Assembly: GCF_964355755.1 (NCBI RefSeq)
Contig: NC_092675.1
Span: 11,527,812 to 11,591,811, forward strand
From: Antedon mediterranea
Taxonomy: Eukaryota > Animalia > Echinodermata
DNA: 64,000 nucleotides
Direction: 5' to 3'
Below are positions 1 to 11,047 of the stretch, in pieces. Both the position numbers and the translations under genes were made by a program. The notes below the pieces were generated by a model. The model worked only from the letters and a program-made list of their open reading frames with translations, ran no database searches and was not told where the DNA came from. Position 1 is the first letter of the stretch; the number at the start of each line of letters is the position of its first letter.

Positions 1-1845
1 TATCAAGATAGAAATTCAATCATAAAAGTAACAATAAATGTTTAAATAATATTTCACATCATATTTGTAACTGAACAAGTCAAAATGGCCGCCATTATGC
101 CCAAAATGGCTGTCATTTTAGCCAATATGGCTACCATTTTATCTAAAATTGCCACATATATCAATCAAATATTTTTTTATTCACCTATATTTACAATTGG
201 ATATGTTGTAGAATAGACATCACTGAATCCAAAAAGTATTTTCTCCATTTTGTGTTTATAGGCAAGGGGGGTTGGCAGCAATTTCAAATTGGTCGCCATT
301 TTTGACAAATTTTTTTTAAATATTGTAAGTTTATGGCATTAAAAGATTTTTTATCGAGATGGAAATTCAGTCATATAAGTAACAATAAATGTTCAAATAA
401 TATTTCACATCATTTGTGTAACAGAACAATGGCTGACATTTCAACCAAAATGGTTGCCATTTTATCCAACATGGCTGCCATTTTTATCTGAAATGGCCAC
501 ATAATAAAATTGTTTTTTCTTTAACTTTGATTAAATACATGGGCTATAAAGGAACCAACATAACAACATAATAATATTTGTGTTTAATTACTTTACTTAT
601 TCGTCGTCACTTTCGTTATCACTATCACTGTCCGAATCGGATGTAGACAACAATGGTCATATATTGTGACAGTTATTCTCGTCTGTTTCGCATTTACACA
701 TCTCGGTATATTGTAGATTGTTTTTCTTGCACGTGCATGTATTATGGGAACATTTACTTAAACATGAACACCGTATTAGCTCCACAACTGCTTCTGGAGC
801 AGTTTGCTTCTCGTATAATACTGGTCTTAGTTTACCGTTCTCTATAAACCAGCCAAGTTTTGGCATGGATCGGGAATTATTGGGTCAATAGTTACATGGC
901 TCCATATATATTGGCCTGGAGATGTGCACGTAGTATGTGCTGGTGCAACGCTCCAGACGTTGGTGGCAATTTTTCCACACTTTGATTATTTGGCAGTGTT
1001 TTGAACCGTTTCCATCTCAGGGTTGATGAATCTTTGGCTGACACCCTTTTAGTTTCAATAAGACCGCACAGAAACTCCTCGCATCCTGCCTTCACATTGA
1101 AAGATGGCACATTGTCTTCTCCGAGTTTGACTAACGCTTCTATGATGTGAGGAGATGAGTTCATATACATCTTAAAAGCTGTTTTTTCCTGTGTACATCC
1201 AGTGATAGCATGGAAACCTGGTAGTCTGGCTGCCTTTTCCGGTCCAAGGGGATCGTATATTGATTAAAGAGCAATTCTTCTTGTTTCAGCTGTGCCTGTT
1301 AAAATACCAGAATTTTCCCCTAACTGTTGTAGGCGCCTTAAAATTAAAACAAATAAGTCGACTTCATTTCCTGGTGTAGATGCTACTTCAATACCATGAG
1401 GGATCATTAGTATATCTACCTCTTCTTTGGGTGCTCACAGGTGTTGTTGAGGAATGTTCAGGTGTGTTTGTGTTCATCTTGTCGCATGACGGTTACAATA
1501 GGATGTTTAAAATTTGTCGGCAAGATAAATTGTGAGTTGATCTTTTGTCGTGTTGCTTGACAAGAATATTGCTTTGTTTTTAATCAGTGTGGAATCTTCC
1601 ACAATAATTTCCACAATGTTAGGAGGAGATGATTGATATCGGATATCGTCTTTAAGCGAAAGTGTCTTCTCATAATTGTCAAAGACAACACGTCCACCAA
1701 CATAAATGTATTTGTTAAGTAGAGAATCTATGCAGGCTACAAATGCCTCCACAAAATCTTTGCAGGTGGTAAAAGTCTGAACATTCATAAGAGTTTGAAC
1801 AACTGCCATTCCATCGATGACGAGATAGCGATTCACAGGCTGAGG
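1..1845 (-). mobile_element. Decayed Academ (AcademX-type) DNA transposon, 3' part, minus-strand copy
   Basis: Frameshifted fragments give XPG/PIN-like motifs (VIDGMAVVQ, VVFDNY), LPPTSGALHQHILRAHLQA and a C-terminal Cys-rich finger (CSCLSKCSHNTCTCKK...CKC). XPG domain plus Cys8 finger is the described Academ architecture. Continues off the left edge. Confidence 0.7.
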
Positions 1846-1855
1846 TGATATTAAT

Positions 1856-3998
1856 CATCCTATTGTAACAGTCACGTGAACACCCAAGAAGAGGTAGACA
1901 CACTAATGATCCCTCATGGCATTGAAATAGCATCTACACCAGGAAATGAAGTCGACTTCTTCACGCAAGATACCGACTGGTTTGTTTTAATTCTAAGGCG
2001 CCTACAACAGTTGGGGGAAAATACTGGAATTTTAACACTCAGGCACAGCTGAAACAGGAAGAAGAATTACTCTTCAACCAATATACGATCACCTTGGACC
2101 AGAAAAGGCAGCCAGACTACCAGGTTTCTATGCTATCACTGGATGTGGTGTTATGGGTCACAGGAAAAAAACAGCTTTTAAGATTGTATATGAAGTCACC
2201 TCCTCACATCATAGAAGCTCTAGTCAAACTCGGAAAAGACAATATGCCATCTTTCAATGGGAAGGCAGGATGCGAGAAGTTTCTGTGCAGTCTTCTTGGA
2301 ACTAAAAGGGTGTCAGCGGTTCAAAACACTGCCAAATAATCAAGGTGTGGAAAAATTGCCACCAACTTCTGGAGCGTTGCACCAGCACATACTACGCGCA
2401 CATCTCCAGGCCAATATATGCATCTATAATGTACCGAGATGTGTAAATGCGAAGCAGACGTGAATAACAGACTTCAAACCAGTCAAAATAAAGTTGCTAG
2501 GTTTATATTAAATAAAAATGATCGTGCACATATTGGTAAAGACGAACTGAACCAAATCGGTCAATTATGTCTAGAGGATAGAATTTGCTAACTCAAACTT
2601 AATCATGTTCATAAGATTTTTTATGGAAAATCAGTACCTTATTTAACTGAAAAGTTTAAAAGAGTTTCATCTAACCACCATTATATGACTAGAAGTAAGG
2701 TCAATGGATTTTCAGTTCCTAAATCTGATAGTCAAATATCTACGTTTTATTATACAGGCATAAAGGCATGGAATAACCTACCTCATTCCATTCAGCAAAT
2801 AGAAAACAAATTTAATTTTAAGAAAAATGTTAAATCACATTTCTGTTCTACCAAATAACTATATAAGTCAATCATAGTCTTTAATTTAACTTGTTTTTTA
2901 TATTATTGTTTTTGTTATATTTACGTGTTTAATGCAATATTTTGTAATGTTTTTATTTTAGATTGTAAAGGATCCCAATGGAAATAAGCTGATAAGCTTT
3001 TTGGGCTATCCTGGAAAATCTTTTATAAATGTATTATTTGTAATGTCCGTAATTTATGTTATCACTTTGTATGTATTTTTTATGATGATTTTCCAAATGA
3101 ATTCAAATCAAATCAACATATGACCATTGTTGTCTACATCCGATTCGGACAGTGATAGTGATGGCTAAAATGACGACGAATAATTAAAGTAATTAAACAC
3201 AAATATCATTATGTTATAGCCTATGTATTTAATTAAAGTTTAAAAAAAACAATTTGATTATGTAGCCATTTCAGATAAAAATGGCGGCCATGTTGGATAA
3301 AATGGCGGCCATTTTGGTTGAAATGTCTGCCATTTTGGCTTTTTCTGTTACACAAATATGAAATATTATTTGAACATTTATTGTTTCTTTTATGATTGAA
3401 TTTCTATCTCGATAACATCTTTAAATGTCATAAACTTACAATATTTGAAACAATTTTGTCCAAAATTGGGGCCATTTTTAAATGGCTGCCAATCCTCCTT
3501 GCGTATGAAAAAAAAATGGAGCAAATACTTTTTGGATTCAGTGATGTCTATTCTACAACATATCTAATTTTTACCAAATATATGTGAATAAAAGTTGAAA
3601 GAAATATTTGATTGATATATGTGGCCATTTTAGATAAAATGATGGCCATATTGGATAAAATGGCAGCCATTTTTGGCATAATGGCGGCCATTTTGGCTTG
3701 TTCAGTTCATCATTTTTGTAATACAAAAATGATGTGAAATATTATTTGAACATTTATTGTTACTTTTATGATTGAATTTCTATCTTGATAACATCTTTAA
3801 ATGCCATATACTTACAATATTTTGTCCAAAATGGCGGCCATTTTGAAATGGCTGCCAACCCCCACTTGCGTATGAAAAAAAAAATGGAGCAAATACTTTT
3901 TGGATTCAGTGATGTGTATTCTACAACATATCCAATTTTTACCAAATATAGCAAAAAAAAATGCAACTTATCATATCGCTACATTTCATACTGGACTA
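1856..3998 (+). mobile_element. Decayed Academ copy, plus strand, inverted relative to 1-1845
   Basis: Same peptides on + strand (2094-2463); 3117-3790 is the reverse complement of about 1-660; ends in CATACTGGACTA at 3998, matching the TAG...CTA termini I recall for Academ. Confidence 0.7.
2465..3116 (+). mobile_element. 3' fragment of an L2/Crack/CR1-group LINE inserted in the Academ copy
   Basis: Manual translation: LQTSQNKVARFIL...HHYMTRS...TFYYTGIKAWNNLPHSIQQIENKFNFKKNVKSHF (typical ORF2 C-terminus), then a T-rich 3' UTR and a short (AAATC)n tail. Confidence 0.7.
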
Positions 3999-4512
3999 TA
4001 TGATCCTGAAAAATGTCACATGATTATACTCCCTAGCAAAATAAAAAACCCGATTGGACCCGAATGGGGGAAAGTGTCTATTTACGCAAAATTGCGCAAT
4101 GTATGTGTATACACAATAAAAATACCAGAAATAGAAAGATCTGGAAAAATTACAGATAAAAACATTTTACATTTTTTTTTTAGTGAAGAAATAAATTTTT
4201 TGGGAATATTCAAATATACCCCTCATTTGCATGTAAAAGAATAGGAAATTACAAGGTATCCCCCCCCCCCCCCAAAATGCAAAAAATATGAAGTAAGAGG
4301 GATGATATTTAAATTAAAGTTGAAATGTATGAAAAATAGCAATTTTCTGGGTGGAACTCCACTTTAAGAAAAGATATATTGTCCCCCTAAAAACTTGAAA
4401 AATTAAGATTAATAAAATCATGATTATTTTGAAGAATTATTTTTTCAGGGGGACAATCTTTAAATGATTAAGTTTTCTCAGTAGGTCTTTGATTTTTGCT
4501 TTTTGCTCTAAA

Positions 4513-5297
4513 AGCCCCTTTCTCACAGTGCCTGCAATATACCGGTATGATGCTGGCGTCGTGCCGGTATCGTTACCGGCATATACCCGTTCTCATCGGA
4601 CTATTGTGCCGGAAATATAACCGGTATACCGGCTTTCTGTGAGAAAGGAGTCGGGCATATTCGGCCAATAAAAGTCTGACAAAATAATTATTGAGGGTGT
4701 CCTTTATTGTTATTATTTTTGTCTAGCGATATGGCGGCGGCGAATTTTAAGTTACAGATTATTGTCTTCCTTTTATAGCATATTTATGCAATATATGCTA
4801 TGTGCATATATTATACAGGTACAGTAATTAAATAGCCGTCATCGGCAATCTGTAAAACAACTTAGAAGGAGAAATCAGGCTGTACAATTTACGCCACCCA
4901 CAACCAGCTTGCAAACAATATTAACGTAAACAGCTCCCGACCTTATTGTTCCATCCATTTGTCTACATTGTCCCCTTATTTTAAGCAGCTCTCTTATCTC
5001 ATTATCCCTCCAGTTCGACATTATTGTCAATTGAATTGAATCGGCGCCAAAATGATACACTTGACCGCGCAAGGTGTCAAAGCCCCGACGGGGAATTAAA
5101 TATAACGGCGTTACATTCTCACAGAATGCCCGTCTCGCATTGCGGGGAATATCCCTAGTAATATTACTAGGTCTAAAGCAGGTCATGTCGATGCTGGCAT
5201 GATGCCAAGTCGATCCGTTCTCACAGAAAACCATACCGGCATGGTAATGGTATATTCCCGCAACATTCCTGGCACACAGCTCTGTGAGAAAGGGGCT
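4513..5297. mobile_element. Non-autonomous PIF/Harbinger element with Myb/SANT-like gene remnant
   Basis: TIRs AGCCCCTTTCTCACAG / CTGTGAGAAAGGGGCT with AAA and TAA flanks (imperfect 3-bp TSD). Minus-strand MSNWRDNEIRELLKIRG...GTIRSGAVY resembles the Harbinger Myb/SANT protein N-terminus. Confidence 0.75.
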
Positions 5298-5399
5298 TAA
5301 TTTCCGCATTTAATTCCCAGCTGAAGTTTCCTAAAAAATTGTCCCCAAATATTTGAAGGACATGACAATCTCAACTGGTTCATCACCAATAGAAGACTT

Positions 5400-6240
5400 C
5401 CCAGGGTTGCATCCTTTCTCTCTCCTAAAATCCACTATCATTTTCTTGGTTTTGGTCGAATTTAGTAAGATTCACTACAAAATTTAACAAAATCGTCCAA
5501 AGCAGACCCATGACCATCCTGAGTACCTTGAGGGAGAGACAGTAATACGGTGTTGTCAGCAAATTTGACAAGATAACTATTATCATGTTTGCTTCGACAT
5601 TCATCCATATGATATAAAGAGGGAGGAAGGGGAGAAAGATCGCAAACCTTAGGAGATGCAATACTTGTGGTAAAAGAATCTGAATAAGTTTGATTAATGA
5701 AAGCCCATTGTCGGTTAAAAAATTAATAATCCATAAAATCATGTTGAAAACCAAATTTGTCAGCCAATAAGGGTGCGTGGTATTGAAGGCAGAAGAAAAG
5801 TCTGCGAAAAGCATTCTAGCATGCGATCTGGGTAGTTCAAGGTGTCTGTACAGCTTGTTTAATAAGAAAAGCTTGGCATCCTTGACACCCCTTCCAGACC
5901 TATACGCGAAGTGTAGTGGGTCGAGTTCTGGTTCAACAAGAGATGTAATAAGCGCTTTAACTAGTTTTTCAAAAATTTTCATCACAAGTGATGTTAGCGC
6001 AAATGGGCGTATGGTCATTAGGCTGTTTAATAGCCGTCTTTATTGGAATAGGTTTTATGATGAATTGTTTCCAGATATTTGGAACTACACATTGGTTTGG
6101 AAGAGGTGCCAGAGAACATCACACAGCTGGTCATCACATGACTTTAGGTTCTGCCCTCAATACCATTAGGTCCAGGGGTCTTATTAATATTTATATAGTT
6201 CATAACGTTTTGCAGCACCCGCAAAAAATTGTTTAGACTG
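5400..6240 (-). mobile_element. Decayed LINE reverse transcriptase fragment (Rex/Babar-like)
   Basis: ORF 5425-6018: RPFALTSLVMKIFEKLV, LDPLHFAYRSGRGVKDA, ARMLFADFSSAFNT; frameshifted downstream. Boundaries approximate. Confidence 0.8.
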
Positions 6241-6449
6241 TCTGGCAGTACATGATACTCAACCCCTTTATAGTACTTTCCTTATTTGTAACTGTGTTAA
6301 TTTATGCCATATGTTTAATACCTTGCCAAGCACTACGAACACATCCAATATTTAACTTATGTTATATTTCCTTTCTATAAAATCTTTAGCCTTATGAACA
6401 GTTATTTACTTGTTTTTAGTTATTCTTACTACCCTGATAGAACAGTTTT

Positions 6450-7760
6450 TTAGGTGATCATTTAGGAATAAAATGATCACCTATTGTTATTGTATGAAAT
6501 CTTTATTCTTCTCTTTCTTATTATTTATTTCTCTCTGTACAAATTTGTGTAACAATTATCTCAAAAAGTTTAATGTCAATGATGATCATATCTCCATAAT
6601 TCATTATCACATATTAATAAAATTCACTACACGTAAACTTCAGGTCAAGGGTAAAAATATTAGCAAATAAAAACGCACACGCACGTTTTTAAAAACTGCA
6701 TTCTACTCATCTTCCTTGGTACATCCACCAATTTTGAGTCCATTTCGGCTTAAAATAGTGCTATACGAGCACGTTAAAAATGACAAAAAATGCGCACATT
6801 AATTGTACAAAAGTGCTAAAAATTGTAAAAAATAAGGCATTTTTAAAATGAAAATAATTCTTCAGAATGCACGGTGACCCCCAATTTTTTAAACTTATTA
6901 TGGAAGCCAATGAGTTGTAGATATAAATGTATATATACATTAGACGTACAAAATTGTATGACGTCATCATTTGGCCGCATGAATTTTTAAAATAGGGGTT
7001 TTCCCCCTTTTGTCATAGACCACCATATTCAACAGAGCGCAACTCGCTTTTCTGTGATCGATTTTGTTTTATTTTTTAATACATTCTACCTCAACCAATT
7101 ATGTTACTTATGAGTTGCCAATATTTTCTTTTGGATGACGTCATCACGTCTTAAAATTTAAAAAACGGTGGTTACGTAATTTTACCTACTACACGTATAT
7201 TTGAATACCTTACAGCTCTTCTGAATTAAAGTTGACCTCGAAGTTTATAACTTAGTATGATAGCTGGTGAAATGTACATATGAATTCATTTAAAAATTAA
7301 GCCTATCAGATGTTGTGACGTTATCATATGGCCAGTTGAAGTTAAAAAGTAGTTTTTTCATCTCTTTCGTCAAAGTTATACAATTTTTAAAGAGCGCGCA
7401 CGGCCCTTCTACGTGCCAAATTTTCTTCCAAATGTTATATTTTATTGCTCAATTTATTATCTTTCGATATTGTTATCCACAAGTTTTTTTGATAATGTTA
7501 TCAGTGCCAAAAACTTAGAACATGATGTGTGTCCGTAATTTCACCAATGCTACAATGTACAAGATATACAGTATATACTGTACATAACCTATATGGCATA
7601 TAATAGGCACAACTCAGCACTATAGGCGTATAATAGGATGGCATACATCAACATTTTCCGGTTGTATGTTAACATACGTGCATGTTTAAAAAATATTAAT
7701 GTCAATAAAATTATAAAAATGATCACCTATAATTCGTCAAAGTGACGAATTAAATTCTAG
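6450..7760 (+). mobile_element. Non-autonomous Helentron-type element, end type A
   Basis: 5' TT + palindrome AGGTGATCAT...ATGATCACCT; 3' subterminal ATGATCACCT, hairpin AATTCGTCA-AAG-TGACGAATT, CTAG; no TSD. Confidence 0.85.
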
Positions 7761-9394
7761 TTAGGTGATCATTTAGAATAAAATGATCACCTATTGTTAT
7801 TGTATTAAATCTTTATTATTAGGTGATCATTTAGAATAAAATGATCACCTATTGTTACTGTATGAAATCTTTATTCTTCTCTTTCTTATTATTTATTTCT
7901 CTCTGTACAAATTTGTGTAACAATTATCTCAAAAAGTTAAATGTCAATGATAACAAATTTTTGACAATGTCTTTTAAATACTTTAACTTTAGCCATAATA
8001 AGCTTTTCAGTGTGATCACTCAACCGTGACGTCATTAATACGCAATTTTGTGAAATCACTCTATCAATCATATCTCCATAACTCTTTATTACATATCAAT
8101 GAAATTCACTACATGTAAACTTCAGGTCAAGGGTAAAAATATTAGCAAATAAAAACTTGCGCGTTTCAAGGTCATGCGCGTGAAATTACGCGTTAAAAAA
8201 TAGAAATGCTCCAAATTAAGTTTTGATCAATTTAGAGCATGAATTAGGCCATTTGCGTGTTTTAAAAAATTACTGCGCAAAACACGTTTTTGCGCATGCG
8301 TACATAGAAAGCGTAAAAAAATACCATTTTTTTGTACAAATTGCATTCTACTCATCTCCCTTAGTACATTCACCAAATTTGAGTCCATTCCGACTTAAAA
8401 TAACACTATACGAGCACGTTAAAAATGACAAAATGCGCACATTAATTGTACAAAAGTGCTAAAAATGGTAAAAAGTAGGGCCTTTTTAAAATGAATATAA
8501 CTCTTCAGAATGGAAGATGACCCCCAATTTTTTTAACTTATTATGGAAGCCAATAAGTTATAGATATAAATGTATATACACATTAGACGTACAAAATGGT
8601 ATGACGTCATCAAATGGCCACTTGAATTAAAAAATTAGTAATTTTTATCTTTTTGTGTGGGTTATCACATTCAATAGAGCGCATCTCAGTTATTTTAACC
8701 CGATTTTTGCACAAATTTTAGTATGTGCTTGCTCAATTAATTATTCTTCTAATGAGTTGTCAACATTTTTATTTTGATGACGTCATCACGCGTAAAAACT
8801 TGAATAACCTAGGTCGTGTAATTTCAGCTACACCATACATTTGAATATCTTATAGCTCTTCAGAATTAAAGGTGACCTTGAAGATTACTTATTATGAAAG
8901 CTGATGAAATGTAGATATGAATTCATATTAAAATTAAGCCTATCGGATGTTGTGATGTTATCATATGGCCAGTTGAAGTTAAAAAGTAGTTTTTAAATTT
9001 CTTTAGTCAACGTTATACAAATTTTAAAGAGCGCGCATTGCGCTTCTACGTGTCAAATTCTCTTCCAATTCTTATATATTTATTTGCTCAATTCATTTTC
9101 TTTCGAAATTGTCATCTTCGAGTTTGTTTTGATAATTCCATCATACCAAAAAATTAGAACATGATGTGTGTCCCGTAATTTCACCTATGCTACACTGTAT
9201 ATAGATATGCAGTATATACTGTATATTGTATATGGCATTAGGCACAACTCAACCCTATAAGCATATAATAGGATGGAATGTATCATCATTTTCCGATCGT
9301 ATGTTAACATACGTGCATGTTTAAAAAATATGAATGTCAATAAAATGATAAAAATGATCACTATAATTCGTCAAAGTGACGAATTAAATTCTAG
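7761..9394 (+). mobile_element. Type A non-autonomous Helentron with two stacked 5' ends (7761, 7819)
   Basis: Two consecutive type A heads, one body, hairpin and CTAG at 9391-9394; starts directly after the previous element's CTAG. Confidence 0.85.
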
Positions 9395-9440
9395 TTTAAT
9401 TATTTAAATACGCTATTTAGTAATGTTTATTGATTTTCAG

Positions 9441-9501
9441 GGTACATCTGCTCCATTTTGGTCGCCTCATGCTGCTTTGAAAACCAGCACACCTGCTACA
9501 G
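9441..9501 (+). CDS. AHI1: AHI1 (jouberin) internal exon, GTSAPFWSPHAALKTSTPAT
   Basis: ttttcag acceptor, gtaact donor, open frame, ends phase 1, compatible with the next exon. Assignment rests on phase continuity to the SH3 exon. Confidence 0.6.
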
Positions 9502-9947
9502 GTAACTACAGTAGCTATCTTTGACAGATGTGTATTAACAGACAAGATAGTTCTATATTCTGTACCCAATCTTAAGGATGAGTCTATTGTCATTTATCCT
9601 GATCACATCACGGGCAGTATACAGTAGAACCAATATGTGTTTATTCAAGAAGCAATGATTTAGAAATTTCTCTCTTGATACAAAAATAAAAGCTTATAAT
9701 TATTAATAAGAGTTTCATGTATACAGTGAAATATTCCAGAACTCTGTTTTCACTTAACACACATAATAATTATTTGAATATTTATCTAGCTCATAGCACT
9801 TCATTTTCAAATAATGATTTCTAGGATGAATACACAATGAAAGGTTTCCTACCACAGTGTTAATAAATGCCTTCTCTACTGTTTTTCTTTAAAGGCAGAG
9901 TCTTTGCAACTGCAACTTACGCTAGATTTCAAATGAGAAATTTGTTA

Positions 9948-10350
9948 CCGTAAATCTTCTAATTGTAACCATGGGTTATTATTCTTTGATTGTTTTTTAG
10001 GGTGGGTTACTATTAGAAGGGGGGGGGGGGTTACTATTAGAGTAGTGGGTTACTATTGATAATCTTAAATTAGGCACCTGAAAATAGTAACCCACCCCCA
10101 ACTTTGCCGGTCAGCAACTCATAGCAAAATAATAAAACAGTAGGAATAAACAAATTTGACTTTATTTTATAAACTCAAAAACACTCAATCCTCCCCCACT
10201 CAACATGCATTATCTCCTTATTTTCAAAATACGGCTGCATCATTAGTTTTTGTGACTCTAATAGTAACCCGTGGGGTATTATTATAGATTGACTTATAAG
10301 GTGGGTTACTATTAGAGTGTGGGTTTTATTAGATTAGATTAGATTTACGG
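9948..10350. mobile_element. Tc1/mariner-type MITE
   Basis: TA flanks; termini CCGTAAATCT / AGATTTACGG; repeated internal GGGTTACTATT motifs in both orientations. Confidence 0.7.
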
Positions 10351-10434
10351 TATGTCAATTTATTTAAAAAGTCTTGAAATTAGATCAAATTTGCTACAAA
10401 TGACTTGAAATGATGTATTTTTTTTCTTTTTTAG

Positions 10435-10496
10435 CACTTATTCAGCAGCAGTCATATGCCCAAAAGATGAGTGTACCCAGTATATCCATTCAACCA
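10435..10496 (+). CDS. AHI1: AHI1 internal exon, (A)LIQQQSYAQKMSVPSISIQP
   Basis: Long pyrimidine tract + ag, gtaagt donor, phase 1 to phase 0, no stops. Confidence 0.7.
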
Positions 10497-10732
10497 GTAA
10501 GTGTACTGACATTTCATAAGCAATGTACCTCAGTGACTTCTATGCCATTGTTTTGTTTAAAATTAAAACAACAAAATTAAATTAAATATTGTTTTTGTGT
10601 ATGTTCAAATGTGGGTGGTCATAGCATTGAATAATGCCCATAATTAATTAGATTACAGTACTTTAGAAAATGTTACTTTACAATTTTTGTACATAATCAG
10701 TCAATGAGAGTTAACAAATGTTATCCTTTCAG

Positions 10733-10768
10733 GAAAATCAGTACATTACTCCTGGTTATAACATTCCT
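10733..10768 (+). CDS. AHI1: Candidate 36-nt AHI1 mini-exon, ENQYITPGYNIP
   Basis: cctttcag acceptor and gtaagg donor, phase 0-0, no stop; the following intron would be only 50-56 nt. Confidence 0.35.
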
Positions 10769-10818
10769 GTAAGGTTAGAGATCATTTTTCAATTCAAAGA
10801 ATTTTGTTCCTCTCAAAG

Positions 10819-11047
10819 GCACAGTCTGGAACAGCAAATTTTAAGTTTGTCTGCAGTCAAGCTAAGCCACCAAAACTTCATCTGGTTGTGGCTATGTACG
10901 ACTACACAGCACAGAGGTCCGATGAGGTAACATTTACTCAGGGTAGCGTAATCAAAGTGCTTCATGAAGACAATGCTAACTGGTGGATGGGAGAAATGGC
11001 AGATGGAAAACAAGGCTACTTTCCTGCTAACTATGTGATGGAGCAAG
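10819..11047 (+). CDS. AHI1: AHI1 SH3-domain exon
   Basis: VVAMYDYTAQRSDEVTFTQGSVIKVLHEDNANWWMG...QGYFPANYV closely matches the AHI1 SH3 as I recall it (VVALYDYTANRSDELT...DNEDWWYG...EGYFPANHV); aag acceptor, gtaaca donor, ends phase 1. Confidence 0.85.

Noticed and set aside
4040-4367. Possible Kolobok-type end (GGTGGAACTCCACT-TTAA)
   Set aside because: No partner TIR in the window.
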